DNA of 64,000 bases from Cycas panzhihuaensis (lineage: Eukaryota > Plantae > Cycadophyta), in contig CM041465.1 in NCBI GenBank assembly GCA_023213395.1, forward strand, positions 149,613,741-149,677,740, given 5' to 3'. Shown one piece after another: positions 53,001 through 64,000 of the stretch (its first letter is position 1; the number at the start of each line of letters is the position of its first letter). The translations under genes and the position numbers were made by a program. The notes beneath the pieces were generated by a model. That model made no database searches, was not told where the DNA came from, and saw nothing but the letters and a program-made list of their open reading frames with translations.

Positions 53001-55190
53001 CCTATAAAAAGTGTAAGGACAATATTGTTGTAGATGCCCTTTCTTTCCTTTCATTTGATTTGACTACCCTTGATCCAATTATTCACACCATCTCAAAACA
53101 TCACCTGAATGGCTAGAGGAGTTAGATGTTGAAAATAAGAATAACTTGACTATTTATAATGGATTGAGAAATCTCATAATCAAAAGGGATGGTCAACCCA
53201 TAATAACTATTTGTTATTTAAAAGTCATATCTTTGTCCATCCAACCTGCTCTTTTATCTCTTATATTTTAATAAAGTATCATTCTACCCCCTCAGGAGGC
53301 CATTCAAGATTTGATAAGATATATCACTACATTCATGCATATGTCTTTTAGCCCTATATGAACTACATAATCCTCATATTTATATTAGAATGTGATATTT
53401 AAAACAAAGTAGATACTAAGGCCTTACTAGGTCTTCTTCATGTCACAGGTTGCTGTTACACCAAAAGCCCTAGGGTGATTTGGGAAGATGACTTCCTTGT
53501 GATAGTTAGTGTCACGTGCTCCAACACTCCCCCGTCACAAGGAGTTGGTTGTACCTACACGGCATGCATATCCACCATGGCATTCCTTGACGGACCAACC
53601 AATGCCTTCATGTATGTTCAGGTGTATTATTGTGGTACATAGGACTAGTTTTGAACCCTGATCGCTCTGATACCACTTGTCACAGGTTGCCATTACACCA
53701 AAAGCCTAGGGGTGATTTGGGAAGAGGGCTTCCTTGTGATAGTTAGTGTCATGCACTCCAACACTTCAACCCCTATACATCCTTTAAGATGAATGGCAAG
53801 ACATAGTTATGGATTTTATCATGTGTTTACCCACATCATCTAGATTTAGCTTAATCTAGGTGGTTATTAATATACTCACTAAATATGCACATTTAATTTC
53901 TATTCATACTTCTTATAAATTATACCATCTTGCCAGTCTCTATAACCAAATTATCTTTTAACTCCATGGATTTCCCTCAACTATTATTTATTAAATAGGG
54001 ACCTAAAGTTTACTAGCTCTTTTTGGTAGGATCTCTTTCAAGAAATAGGAATACCAGTGCATCATCCTCAAATTAATGGTCAATCTGAGGTTTTAAACTA
54101 AACCCTTAAAACCTACCTATGTTGTTTCACCTTAGATCATTAAGCTAAGTAGACTTCATGGTCATCCATAGTAAAATATTGGTATAATTCATTACTATAT
54201 CCATATTTTTGGTTATATATAGATATAACCCGCATCTTATCATATCTTAACTACTAAGCTCCATATAATAATAGCCTAATAAAAGCTTTAGGAGATGGAC
54301 CAACTCCTCCACAACCTCAAGAGAAACCTAGCTAATATATAGAATTATATGAAGCAACTCACTGACTACCACTATTTTGGTCATGCATTTGAAATTGGTG
54401 ATCTAGCATTCCTCCATCTCTATCCTTATAACAACACTCTCTCAAGTCCTACATAAGCCATAAGTTAAGCTACCATTATTATGGTCTATATAGAGTCCTT
54501 CAAAAAATTGATGAAGTTATATATGCCTATGAACTTCCCCTAGATACCAAAATCCATAATGTTTTCTATGTCTCCTTTTTGAAAAAGTGCCTTGTAAAAA
54601 ACATTACCACTTTTACCACCCTTTGTATTCTTAATGATGAGAAAATCCTCATTATTCCCCTAGACTGTATCATTATCAACTATTAATATCATCTTTGGAA
54701 TTAAACCATCTCTAAGTATTTGGTGTAGTGGGTCAATTGTGATATAAAAGAAGTAACTTGGGAGTCAAATGAGTTTATGAGGTAGCACCCTCATATATAA
54801 TGCTTTGAGGATTCAACTTCTTAGAGGGGGGACTTGTTACATGACTATATCTTGTTAGTAAAATGGAGTACTAGTGGGTGATAAATCACTAGGTGATTAA
54901 GTGTTAATATCAATATTAAACTTTGTACATAGGCTATTAAGTCCTCCAATGAAATGTAAGGCCATTCAGCCCATTAATAGGATTATTTGGAGAAATACCC
55001 TCTTTCATCTATTTAAGGGTCATGGGTTATAGTAAGAGATTGTTGTGTAGTTTGCTCCTTATAGATATTATACTTTGGTACTTCTTTTAGTGTCATTTTG
55101 GTGTCCATTGTAAGTTTATTTTTGTAATCTTCTTTATAATTTAATAAAAGTATTACCTTTGCTCTCTTTATTTTCCATTGTCATTTTAGT
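50100..55190 (+). mobile_element. Degenerate chromovirus (Ty3/Gypsy): gag-PR-RT-RH-INT-chromodomain, PPT, 3' LTR
   Basis: ILINGG..NFI (about 51276), SPY...RKKDGSFCLYIDYR (about 51920-51990), FSKLDL, CDALGFGLG, MDFI, chromodomain KYLV*W...VTWE (about 54714-54765), PPT AGAGGGGGGA at 54823, LTR TG at 54835. Outer boundaries approximate. Confidence 0.9.
53441..53763 (-). mobile_element. TRIM (terminal-repeat retrotransposon in miniature), 323 bp
   Basis: 86-bp LTRs at 53441-53526 and 53678-53763 (TG..CA), perfect TSD CTTCA, iMet PBS at 53664-53675, PPT GGGGGAG at 53527-53533. Confidence 0.96.
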
Positions 55191-55817
55191 GTATGAGGAA
55201 AATTATTGGGAAGAAATTCTCTAAATTATGGTGATTAAACATGAGGAGAGAATAAAATTTGAGCTATATAGTCAATGGAAATAAGATGTTTAAGAGTTAC
55301 AATGGTAACAAAGAGAGGTAAGAGACCTAGGGTAGGTAAGCCAGAAGATTATCATGGTCTAGCAAGTAATATTAAGTTAATGGTCTTACATGTAGTGGAA
55401 GGTTTTTTATTAAGATTCTCTAATATCACTTGTAGAGGATTTGGCATCCACTACAAAACATATAAGCAAAATTGATAAATATTTTTTTAAAAATATGTTT
55501 GTATGGATTTAAATTAAAAGATGAAAATTGTATATTATTTCATAACCATAGAAATATATATGATGTGCCTTTTTTATAAGACATAGCCCTAGGTCATGTC
55601 TATTAAATCAATATTTTATTATTATTATTATGATTAATTGAAAGGTTTGCAATAACAATCTTATGAGCTAGGTTGCAGGTATTGATGAGCCCCACTAACT
55701 TATCCATAAGTGAATCAATCCTATAGTATTGATTCCTTCATATCGCTTTCTCTCAATAGTCCTTTCCCTCGATAGATTAAGTCTATTGTATTAGGGTTAT
55801 ATAGGAGTTTAGGTTAG

Positions 55818-56222
55818 TGTAGGAAATAGAATGTAGCTAAATTACTCTGATACCAAATGTAGGAAAATAGAATGTAGCTAAACTGCTCTGATACCAAATG
55901 TAGGAAATAGAATGTAGCTAAACTGCTCTGATACCAAATGTAGGAAATAGAATGTAGCTAAACTGCTCTGATACCAAATGTAGGAAATAGAATGTAGCTA
56001 AACTACTCTGATACCAAATATAGGAAAATATAGAGCCAAACTAAGCTTTGATACCAAATGTTAGAAATAGAATGTAGCTAAACTGCTCTGATACCAAATG
56101 ATGGAAAAATAGTGGACCAAAACTATGCTCTGATACTGAATAAAGGAAATAGAATGTAACTAAACTACTCTGATACCAAATGAAGGAAATAGAATGTAGC
56201 TAAACTGTGCTTTGATACCAAA
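55818..56222 (-). repeat. Tandem array of 10 x 40-42-bp units, each a tRNA-iMet PBS plus an LTR-end mimic
   Basis: Minus-strand consensus TTTGGTATCAGAGCAGTTTAGCTACATTCTATTTCCTACA; abuts an LTR ending TTCCTACA at 56223. Confidence 0.95.
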
Positions 56223-56570
56223 TGTAGGAACAATAATAGCAGGAGAACAGGGCAGAAGATATAATAAACTTCAATATATTCAAAATAACAATATTGCATC
56301 AAATATTCAATACAAATTTATGTAACAATGTAGCAATATAGATCAATGTTGCACAAATTAACTATGAGAGTATGATAGCATTGTCTTCAATCCATTGTTG
56401 TTGAGAGCATGACAAATATCCTCAAAGGAGGTAGTGTCTAAAGACACCAGGGTTGTACACCCCATAGTATAAATAGTTTTGGGGGAGGAGGAAAACTCCT
56501 CAACCTCTGAATATAAATTAATAATAAAATAATATAACTTAACTCAAATTAACATTAACTTACCTTGACA
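56223..56570 (-). repeat. Probable LTR (solo or 3') to which the PBS array is attached
   Basis: TGTAGGAA terminus on the plus strand next to a PBS; possible other terminus TTGACA at 56570; no clean TSD found. Confidence 0.55.
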
Positions 56571-56999
56571 TGTTGAGCATCACATGTCTAAATTGAGGTG
56601 CACAATCCTTGTAGGTAAGAGGGAGTTGAGTAATGACATTACACTCCAAAAATTAGGACGAGTTAGTTTGCCTAGGTGGCTATAGTTACATAGAATAGGC
56701 ACATGGTTGCATAAGAGTTTTTGGATATTCATGCTCAATCAACCCCATCACATAGTGAGGGGTTTTGGAGTGTTGTTTACCCCTTTGAGGGGCACTAACT
56801 ATCTTGTTTCATTGATATTATCTTAAGCCTCTTTAGTTAGCTTTCAGTTCACCTTCTTATATAATGCATAGTTGCCTCATACGCCTACTTGGATCAAATA
56901 TTTTTGTTGTTAGTTAGTGTTTATTTATTGTGTAGTATTTTTATTTCTCTTCTTTTTTTGGTATATAACATGTACCTATATGTTTCCCTTAGATCAATT

Positions 57000-59900
57000 T
57001 AGTGAACAATTTGATCATCACCCCCACACTTGTGTCTAAAAGATACACAAGCACCCTATAAGGGGTATATACTCATTCCCCTCTCTACTTAGATCCCTAC
57101 TCATCATTTGGGTTCATTCTAGGGTTGTATTTATACATCCTCTCCTCCTACTTATCTGCATTCGCCTTCTAATTCGATGGGGTGCCATCACCATGGACAA
57201 GGCAATAGAAGTAGAGTTTGTTGTAGAATGCTAACCCAACTTTTAATGGGATTCTAGTTGGTACCAATGCCTATAATTTATAGAATAGTGGCCATAACCA
57301 TGACAGTTTGACCAATAATAATTTTCCATAATCACACCTTCTTTGAATCTAGTCCATGTTCCTCCTGATGAAGTAAATAGGAGGATGAAAGTTGACCTCT
57401 ATATGAAATGCTCAAAGAAATAGACCTCTAGTCATAATAAAGTGTGTAAAGTAAAAAAGGATGATCTATACCATTGATGTTGATTTACTGATCATAATGA
57501 GCCTGACTAGGTTGTTAATGAGATCCCACACTAAGATCCCTCCCTATCATAAGAACTCAAGGCCTCAATATTAATTATCTCTTTTATGTTATACCTAGAA
57601 CCTCTCTAGGTCAACAGAAAACTTAAAAGAACACTTATGACTCTCTTAATTGATGGTGGTACAATGCTAAAATTTATTAACATATCCTTGGATCATCAAC
57701 TCAACCTATACATCATACCCAAAATTGGATTTACTTATTCTCTACCTAGTCATCTCACCCTCCATTATGTAGGTATGATAAAGAATGTATAAATTTAAAT
57801 AGGCATATACACTTTGACCTTGGACTTTTATGCCCCATTTATAGGTGGGTTTGATGTCATCCTTAGGGTCCATTAGCTCCAAATACTATGTACTTACAAA
57901 ATTAATCATTCCATAAATAACCCATTCATAGTATTTAATGATGATCATAGGTAAACCTATAAATTTTATAGGATATAAAACCCCCCTAACAAGCTTATTT
58001 CTTCTAGTAGAATGCATTACCACTTAAATAATAGTGTGGGATACATCATTTGTCTTAATAATATTGAATCATATATCACAACTGACCTTGATTTTTAGAA
58101 TCTAGTCACTAAATACCAATCTATTGTTAAATCCATTCTAGCCACTAGTCCCCTAGATCGTAGATTCTACCACTCAATTGAGCTCAAATATACCCAGGAT
58201 CTAATTAGCCTAAGACCACACTAAAATTCATATTTTTAAAAGAATGAATTTAAAAGGATTACAACTAAACTCATGGACATGGGAGTTATACAACCTAGTA
58301 AGAGTCCTTATGCAACGTTAATTATCCCAGTGCAAAAAAAAAAAAAAAAAGTTGTTTTTACTTATGTATGAACTATAGGGAACTTAACAAGATTCAATTA
58401 AAAATAAACTCACCACATCTAGGATTGATGGCATGCTTGATAAATCTATGGTGTCACTATTTTTCTAAATTCAACCCTTAATATGGCTATTACTATATAC
58501 CTATTGACCCAAAAGACCACTACAAAACTGTATTTTTCATAAATCATGGCCACTTTGAGTTCTAAGTTATGTATTTTGATCTTTACAGTGCCCCTACCAC
58601 TTTTTATACCCTCATGAATAGAATCTTTACACTATACTTATGCAAGTTTATCATTATTTTTTTTTAAAGATATACTTGGCCACAACTCTAACATGCCCCT
58701 CCATCTCAAGCATTCAAAAAAAGTTCTCTAAATCATCACTCAATAAAAACTCTATGCCAAGCTATTAAAGTGTAAATTTGGTAAGACAGAGTTGTAATAC
58801 CTAGGATACATCATTTCAATAGAAGACATTTGAGTTGATCTAGACAAAATCTCCACCATCATGTCCTAGCCTACACCTAAAAACTTAACATACCTTTGTG
58901 CCTCTCTTGATCTTATGGGATTTTACATATGGTTCATTTATAACTATGATTCTATTATTGATCCACTAACTAATTTGCTCCACAAGGACTCTTGCTAATG
59001 GTCCCCAACCATTAAGGATACATTCAACCACCTCAAAGCCATTATGACCTCAACCCTAGTTCTTGCCACTACAAATTTTTATCAACCATTCAAATTAGAA
59101 TATAACACCTTAAGATTTAGATTAAGAGTCATACTTATGTAGAACTTCCATCTAGTTATATTTAAAAGCTATAAGCTTAAGGACCATGAATCTTATTTAT
59201 CCACTTAATAAAAGGAGATGAAGGATATTCTACATATGGTCAACAAATGGAAATAATATCTCCTAAGGTCAACATTTACCATTCTTATAGACCATGATAG
59301 CCTTTGGAACCTCCTTGATCAACTAATCCTATCTAAAGAATAAACTATGTGGCTCAATTGCCTATAACTTTTTGAATTTGTAATAACATAAAGAAAGAGA
59401 AAGGAAAATGTTATTGTTGATGCCCTCTCATATTTATCCCCCAAGCCTATAATTTAGGCAATCTCTTAAATTGAACTTATATGGCTTATGGACTTGGCAA
59501 CTTCCAACTAATCCCAACAAGACTATGCCCAATGGTCGATAAAATCCCTTAACCAAAAGGATTAGTCTCTTCACAATGACCTTCTCATATACAAGTATCA
59601 TATTTTTGTCCACCCTTCTTCCTCCTTCATTTCTTGAATCCTATTTGAATACCACTCCTCCCCTCTTAGTAGCTACTCAAGCTTTGATAAAAGCTATTGA
59701 TATATCCATTCTAATTTTGATTAGCTATGTATGAAGTCAATAATCCTTATATTTATCACATAATATCTCATAGGCCAACAAAATAAAACCAATATAAGGG
59801 CCCAACTATGGTTGCACTAACCCTTATACATTCCCCTTGGAAAATGGCAAGACATTGCAATGGATTTTATCATGGGCCTTCTATTGTCCATTGGGTTTAA

Positions 59901-61250
59901 CTCCATCTAGTTCATCATAAATAGGCTAACAAAGTATACTTATTTCTTACTAATACACACCTCCTATAAGATTGTTCACCTCATTGACACATATATTCAA
60001 TCTATTTTTTGCCTCCATGGATTTCCTTTAATAATTATATATGACTGAGACCTTAAATTTACCAATATATTTTAGTGGGAATATTTTCATACCTTGGGCA
60101 CCTTATTCAACATGAGCTCAACTTATCATCCTCAAACCAATGGGTAATCTTAGGTTCTCAATAAAACTTTAGAAATGTACCTTTGTTGCTTCACCTCATA
60201 ACACATGAATAAATAGTCATCTTGTCTTGCATTTGATGAGTACTAATATAACTCCTCCCACCACTCTACCATTAGTATATCCTCGTTTCTAGCCCTATAT
60301 GGTTACCCCCCACCTTCCCATCACATCTTAGGAACTAATCTCCACAAAACCAATATCCAACAAAAATTAGAAGATATGGATCAAATCTTACACATCCTTA
60401 AGTAAAACCTAATTTTGGCCCAAGATCTCATGAAACAATTAGTTGATTGCCACCATTTTGACTGGGAGTTTATAATAGGTGATATGGTTTTCCTTTGAAT
60501 TTACAAGAAATAATCCCTCTATAATAATAAAAGTCATAAGTTTAACCCCCACTACTACAACCCTTATAAATTCCTTCAAAGGATTGGTCAAGTTACCTAT
60601 GTCCTTAAGCTCTTACCTGATACCAAAATATATAATATTTTTTATGTCTCATATTTGAAAAAGTATCTTAGCAAAAAGATTATTCCTCAGACTACTCTAC
60701 CCATTCTAGATGATGAATAAGTCCTTAGGGTTCTTCCAAATTACATATTAATTATAAGGTAATGGCATCCATATAACCTGACCATCTCTAAGTATTTGGT
60801 ATAATGGATCAACTATGATATGTAAGAGGTAACATAGGAATCGACAAAGTTTATCAATTAGTATCTACATCTTCATATGGACCCAACATCTTAGGGAAGG
60901 GGACCTATTACATAAACGCCTACTAATCATGGAGAATGGCTACTAGCACATGTGACCAAGCAACTTGATGGTTAGTGTTTGACATTAATTATTGTGTGTG
61001 GGTCATTTAGCCCATTAATAGGATTGTAGGGCACTTCTTTCTCTAATAAAATTCTATTTAAAGTGGTCATCATTGCTTATTTAAGGCCTAAAAATATACA
61101 TGGTTTATTATATTGAAATAATATCAAGAGATCATACTATTGTACATTTTGGTATCCATTTAGTATTTGAATTTGAGTTCATTTCTATATTCTATTTACG
61201 TTTTGTGCCAAAATTAGATGATCTTAACTATTATCTTGTACCCTTTGAGG
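57000..61250 (+). mobile_element. Second degenerate chromovirus, related to the element at 50100-55190
   Basis: LLIDGGT (about 57643), RT from about 58200, NVIVDALS (59407), WQDIAMDFIMGL (59845), YHPQTNG, chromodomain KYLV*W (60790), PPT AGGGAAGGGGA at about 60893. Confidence 0.9.
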
Positions 61251-61399
61251 TACTAAACTATTATTGTGCAAGTTAAAAAGTTATACTTTAACATTATTCC
61301 TATGATGATGATTTCTAACATTTGTCTTCTTGTAGTTATGTCTACATCAAACACTAATTATATGGCCTTTTAAACATATACATAATTGTAAGTAATAAT

Positions 61400-61830
61400 T
61401 TTTCTTTATCATTTTTAATAAATTGTAATGAGAAATATATTTATAATTTTTTAGCCATTCATTGACAACTCCTTTCAAACCATTGAATTATGGTATATCA
61501 ATTTTCCTTCTTTCTAATTTGTAAGTTTATTGAATTTCTAAAGTCACATAATGATGTACTTAGCTTTTATCCATTCTTTCTTGAGAATTACATGTAAATT
61601 ATTCCATTCCTTTGTATACTTAATAATTACGTTTTTATTATAATTATTTATTGAATCCATATTTGACCAAGAAAATATCTTTAGTTTGCTGCTTACATTA
61701 CTTTTACTTTTAATAGCTAACTCTTTTAATGCCATTTTTATTTCTCCTATTTTGGACTCAATACCTAGCACTTTCCTTTTTATATTTGTCATTTCTTCTT
61801 GCAAGTCTTCTTCATCTATTTTTTTGAGAA
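61400..61830 (-). pseudogene. Possible Gypsy gag N-terminal remnant
   Basis: Coiled-coil-like ORF 61544-61804 followed by IP*FNG...VNEW, resembling the gag PxFxG motif. Confidence 0.4.
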
Positions 61831-62423
61831 CTATATATATATGATTCTAATGGCCACCCTCCAAAATCACTATTTTTTAAAGTGACTTGTAAGTGAATTT
61901 CTACTCCACTAATATGATCGAGTGTGACTTTTTAATCAATGGATGGATCTATTACAATGTGGTGATTTAGATAGTTAATTAAGGTTGACCATGGTTATGA
62001 TAATAATAATTATACTTATATTTTGTAATATTTAAACTTCAAACTTTATTTTAATAATATTAGAATATTCTTTTATAATAAGAATATTCTATTTCTAAAT
62101 TCATTAAATAGATGACTATGGAAATTGAATTGATTTTTATTATGTTCAACTTATTTATCTATATTAAAATTCTAGCAAACCCACTGTGAGTATGGCATAT
62201 CTATTTGTGGTGATTGTATTGTTTTATCTTGTTAATATGCATTGAAATGCCACCTAATCCACTATGAGTATTATGTAACTATTTATATTAAATAGATATT
62301 TATGAAAGAAGTTAGTTTGATAAAGTTATATTAGTTAGAGTCAATAAACTAAATGTCAAGCTCAATAGATATTAATGAGGATTCAACATGAGTATGAATA
62401 ATAATTACCAATGTATTAATATC

Positions 62424-63774
62424 TATTAGAATTTGAATGGAAGCTCTAATACCATTTATTAGATATGGAATGCAACACAATAATAATGGATAAATAAGAT
62501 GAGTGAAAGAATAAATAATAAGATATAAGAATGATAAAGCATATATAAGTTAACATAAGATAAATTAGAAAGAATGACCAAACTTTAAATTTAGATAAAT
62601 ATGGTATACATACTTATAGTACAACTCACCACATATACGAGAACTATAGTAGGCCAAAATAATGCAACATACATAAGCTCTATTTCTAATAATGAAGATG
62701 CATTCAAAGTAGATCATAACATTTTACAACAATAAATTTCATACAATCACAGCAGATAATTATAGTAGTACAACCTAAAAAATAACATTTAACAGAGATA
62801 ACAATGACATAGATAAATAATAGTGATTATATCAACAAGATAGTAGCACTTGATACAATGTCCAACAACATTGATGAACCCTCTTCCAGGGGACAACGAC
62901 CCTCCAATAGGCACAAGGCCATTATCCTTCATAACAAAAATTATCCAAGATGATTTTAAAATGAGGGTGGTCTCTTTATTTATAGCTAACTTCTTAAATT
63001 TTCCTCCAAAAGACTAACTTCATAATAGAATAAAATAAGTGATTCTTCTTCTAAAAACTGACTTCTTCTCTTTTCATTTTAGGAATGCTACAATTCCCCT
63101 CCTCTTAAAATAATACTTTGCCCTCAAAGTATTGAGAATTACTTATAGCCTGGTTGAATCTTCCAACCACCTCTTGGTAGATCCTGTAGGTCATGAAGAT
63201 TTGACTTGATTTTACATCTTCTATAGAGCTTTACTAGCAAGCATCTTGCATATATCGATATTTGTTCCTTTCGCTAGATACCTACTATATCTTATTCTGT
63301 ATTAGGAAGATCCTAGGACCTATGAGGTATCTCAATTACCTTGTCCTAGTCTTACCTTATATTTACAAATTTTATTTTTAAATGAAATAGTTTATAGAAG
63401 GAGAATTGGGGATTTTGTAAAAAGAAATGATTGTAATGGCCATGGATTGGTGATTGTTTATTGTGAAAAGGAAAAGGAAAGGTGGAATTGTGAACTGTGA
63501 TCAAGCATAGCTTTGAAGGTATAGGAAGAAAGGATAAATTTTGGAATCTACCTTGGATGGAGAAGAGAATTTATATAGGAATTATTGGATCACAATACCT
63601 TTTAGGAGAGAAAAATCGATGGGAAATTTTTAAATGAGGGTGGCCTCTTTATTTATAGCCAACTTCTTAATTTTCGCTCTAGAAAACTAACTTTATAATA
63701 GAATAAAATAAATGATTCTTCTTCTAATTCTTAAAAAAACTGACTTATTCTCTTTTTATTTTAGGAGTGCTACA
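62424..63774 (-). mobile_element. LTR relic: two copies of an LTR start (about 62950-63092 and 63628-63774), PPT at about 63093-63106, PBS at 62443-62454
   Basis: About 140-bp direct repeat ending GCTACA; ATTCCCCTCCTCTT follows the first copy; GCTCTAATACCA at 62443. Confidence 0.65.
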
Positions 63775-63779
63775 AGAAG

Positions 63780-64000
63780 CCTCAAGGTTAACTATTATGT
63801 ATTGTCACAAATTTCTATGTGGCACACAACTCAAGGAGACCTATAATATAAAATATAGCAAAAAGTAAGATAGTATGAATGGGATTTTAGAATGTGATTG
63901 GATATTGCATCCAACATTCCCCCTTGTAATAGATAATTATATAAAATATCATATTAAACAATATATGCTAAGTCATTAAATCATTATTGGAATAAACTAT
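63780..64000 (-). mobile_element. PPT and start of a 3' LTR of an element extending beyond the window
   Basis: CCAACATTCCCCCTT at 63912-63926 reads AAGGGGGAA-TGTTGG on the minus strand. Confidence 0.45.

Noticed and set aside
53441-53526. Cassandra-type 5S rRNA segment in the TRIM LTR (GGGTGA..TGGGAAG)
   Set aside because: The match is short, gapped and antisense to the element.
55818-56222. CRISPR array
   Set aside because: Most spacers are identical, the repeat is a tRNA PBS, the context is eukaryotic TE DNA and there are no cas genes.
56571-56670. TSD partner for GTTAG (55813-55817)
   Set aside because: GTTAG at 56662 is not preceded by CA, and the candidate LTR end at 56570 is followed by TGTTG; unresolved.

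Overview
This is eukaryotic, almost certainly land-plant, heterochromatin-like DNA: a nest of LTR retrotransposons with no intact host gene. In order: (1) a young GC-rich Tat/Ogre-type Gypsy element (1-9101) with gag, protease and a degenerate archaeal-type RNase H but no RT or integrase; (2) AT-rich relics; (3) a truncated Copia pol (14.7-16.4 kb); (4) a very degraded Tat-like gag/protease relic with a partly inverted LTR (16.4-22 kb); (5) a full-length but pseudogenised Copia (23372-31009, minus strand, with TSD, PBS and PPT) that splits a plant-mobile-domain (PMD) reading frame; (6) an older minus-strand relative of element 1 with gag, protease and integrase but no RT (to about 40.8 kb); (7) an internally deleted Copia (42-44.4 kb); (8) a 2.1-kb non-autonomous LTR element with a perfect TSD; (9) two related degenerate chromoviruses, the first carrying a 323-bp TRIM. 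The most unusual signals are LTR ends extended by tandem [tRNA-iMet PBS + new LTR-like CA end] units in up to three unrelated families (10 units at 55818-56222), an apparently RT-less Tat family sharing a conserved hairpin motif, and different 3' cargo (aRH versus antisense PMD) in members of that family. All calls were made by eye, and boundaries of the old relics are approximate.
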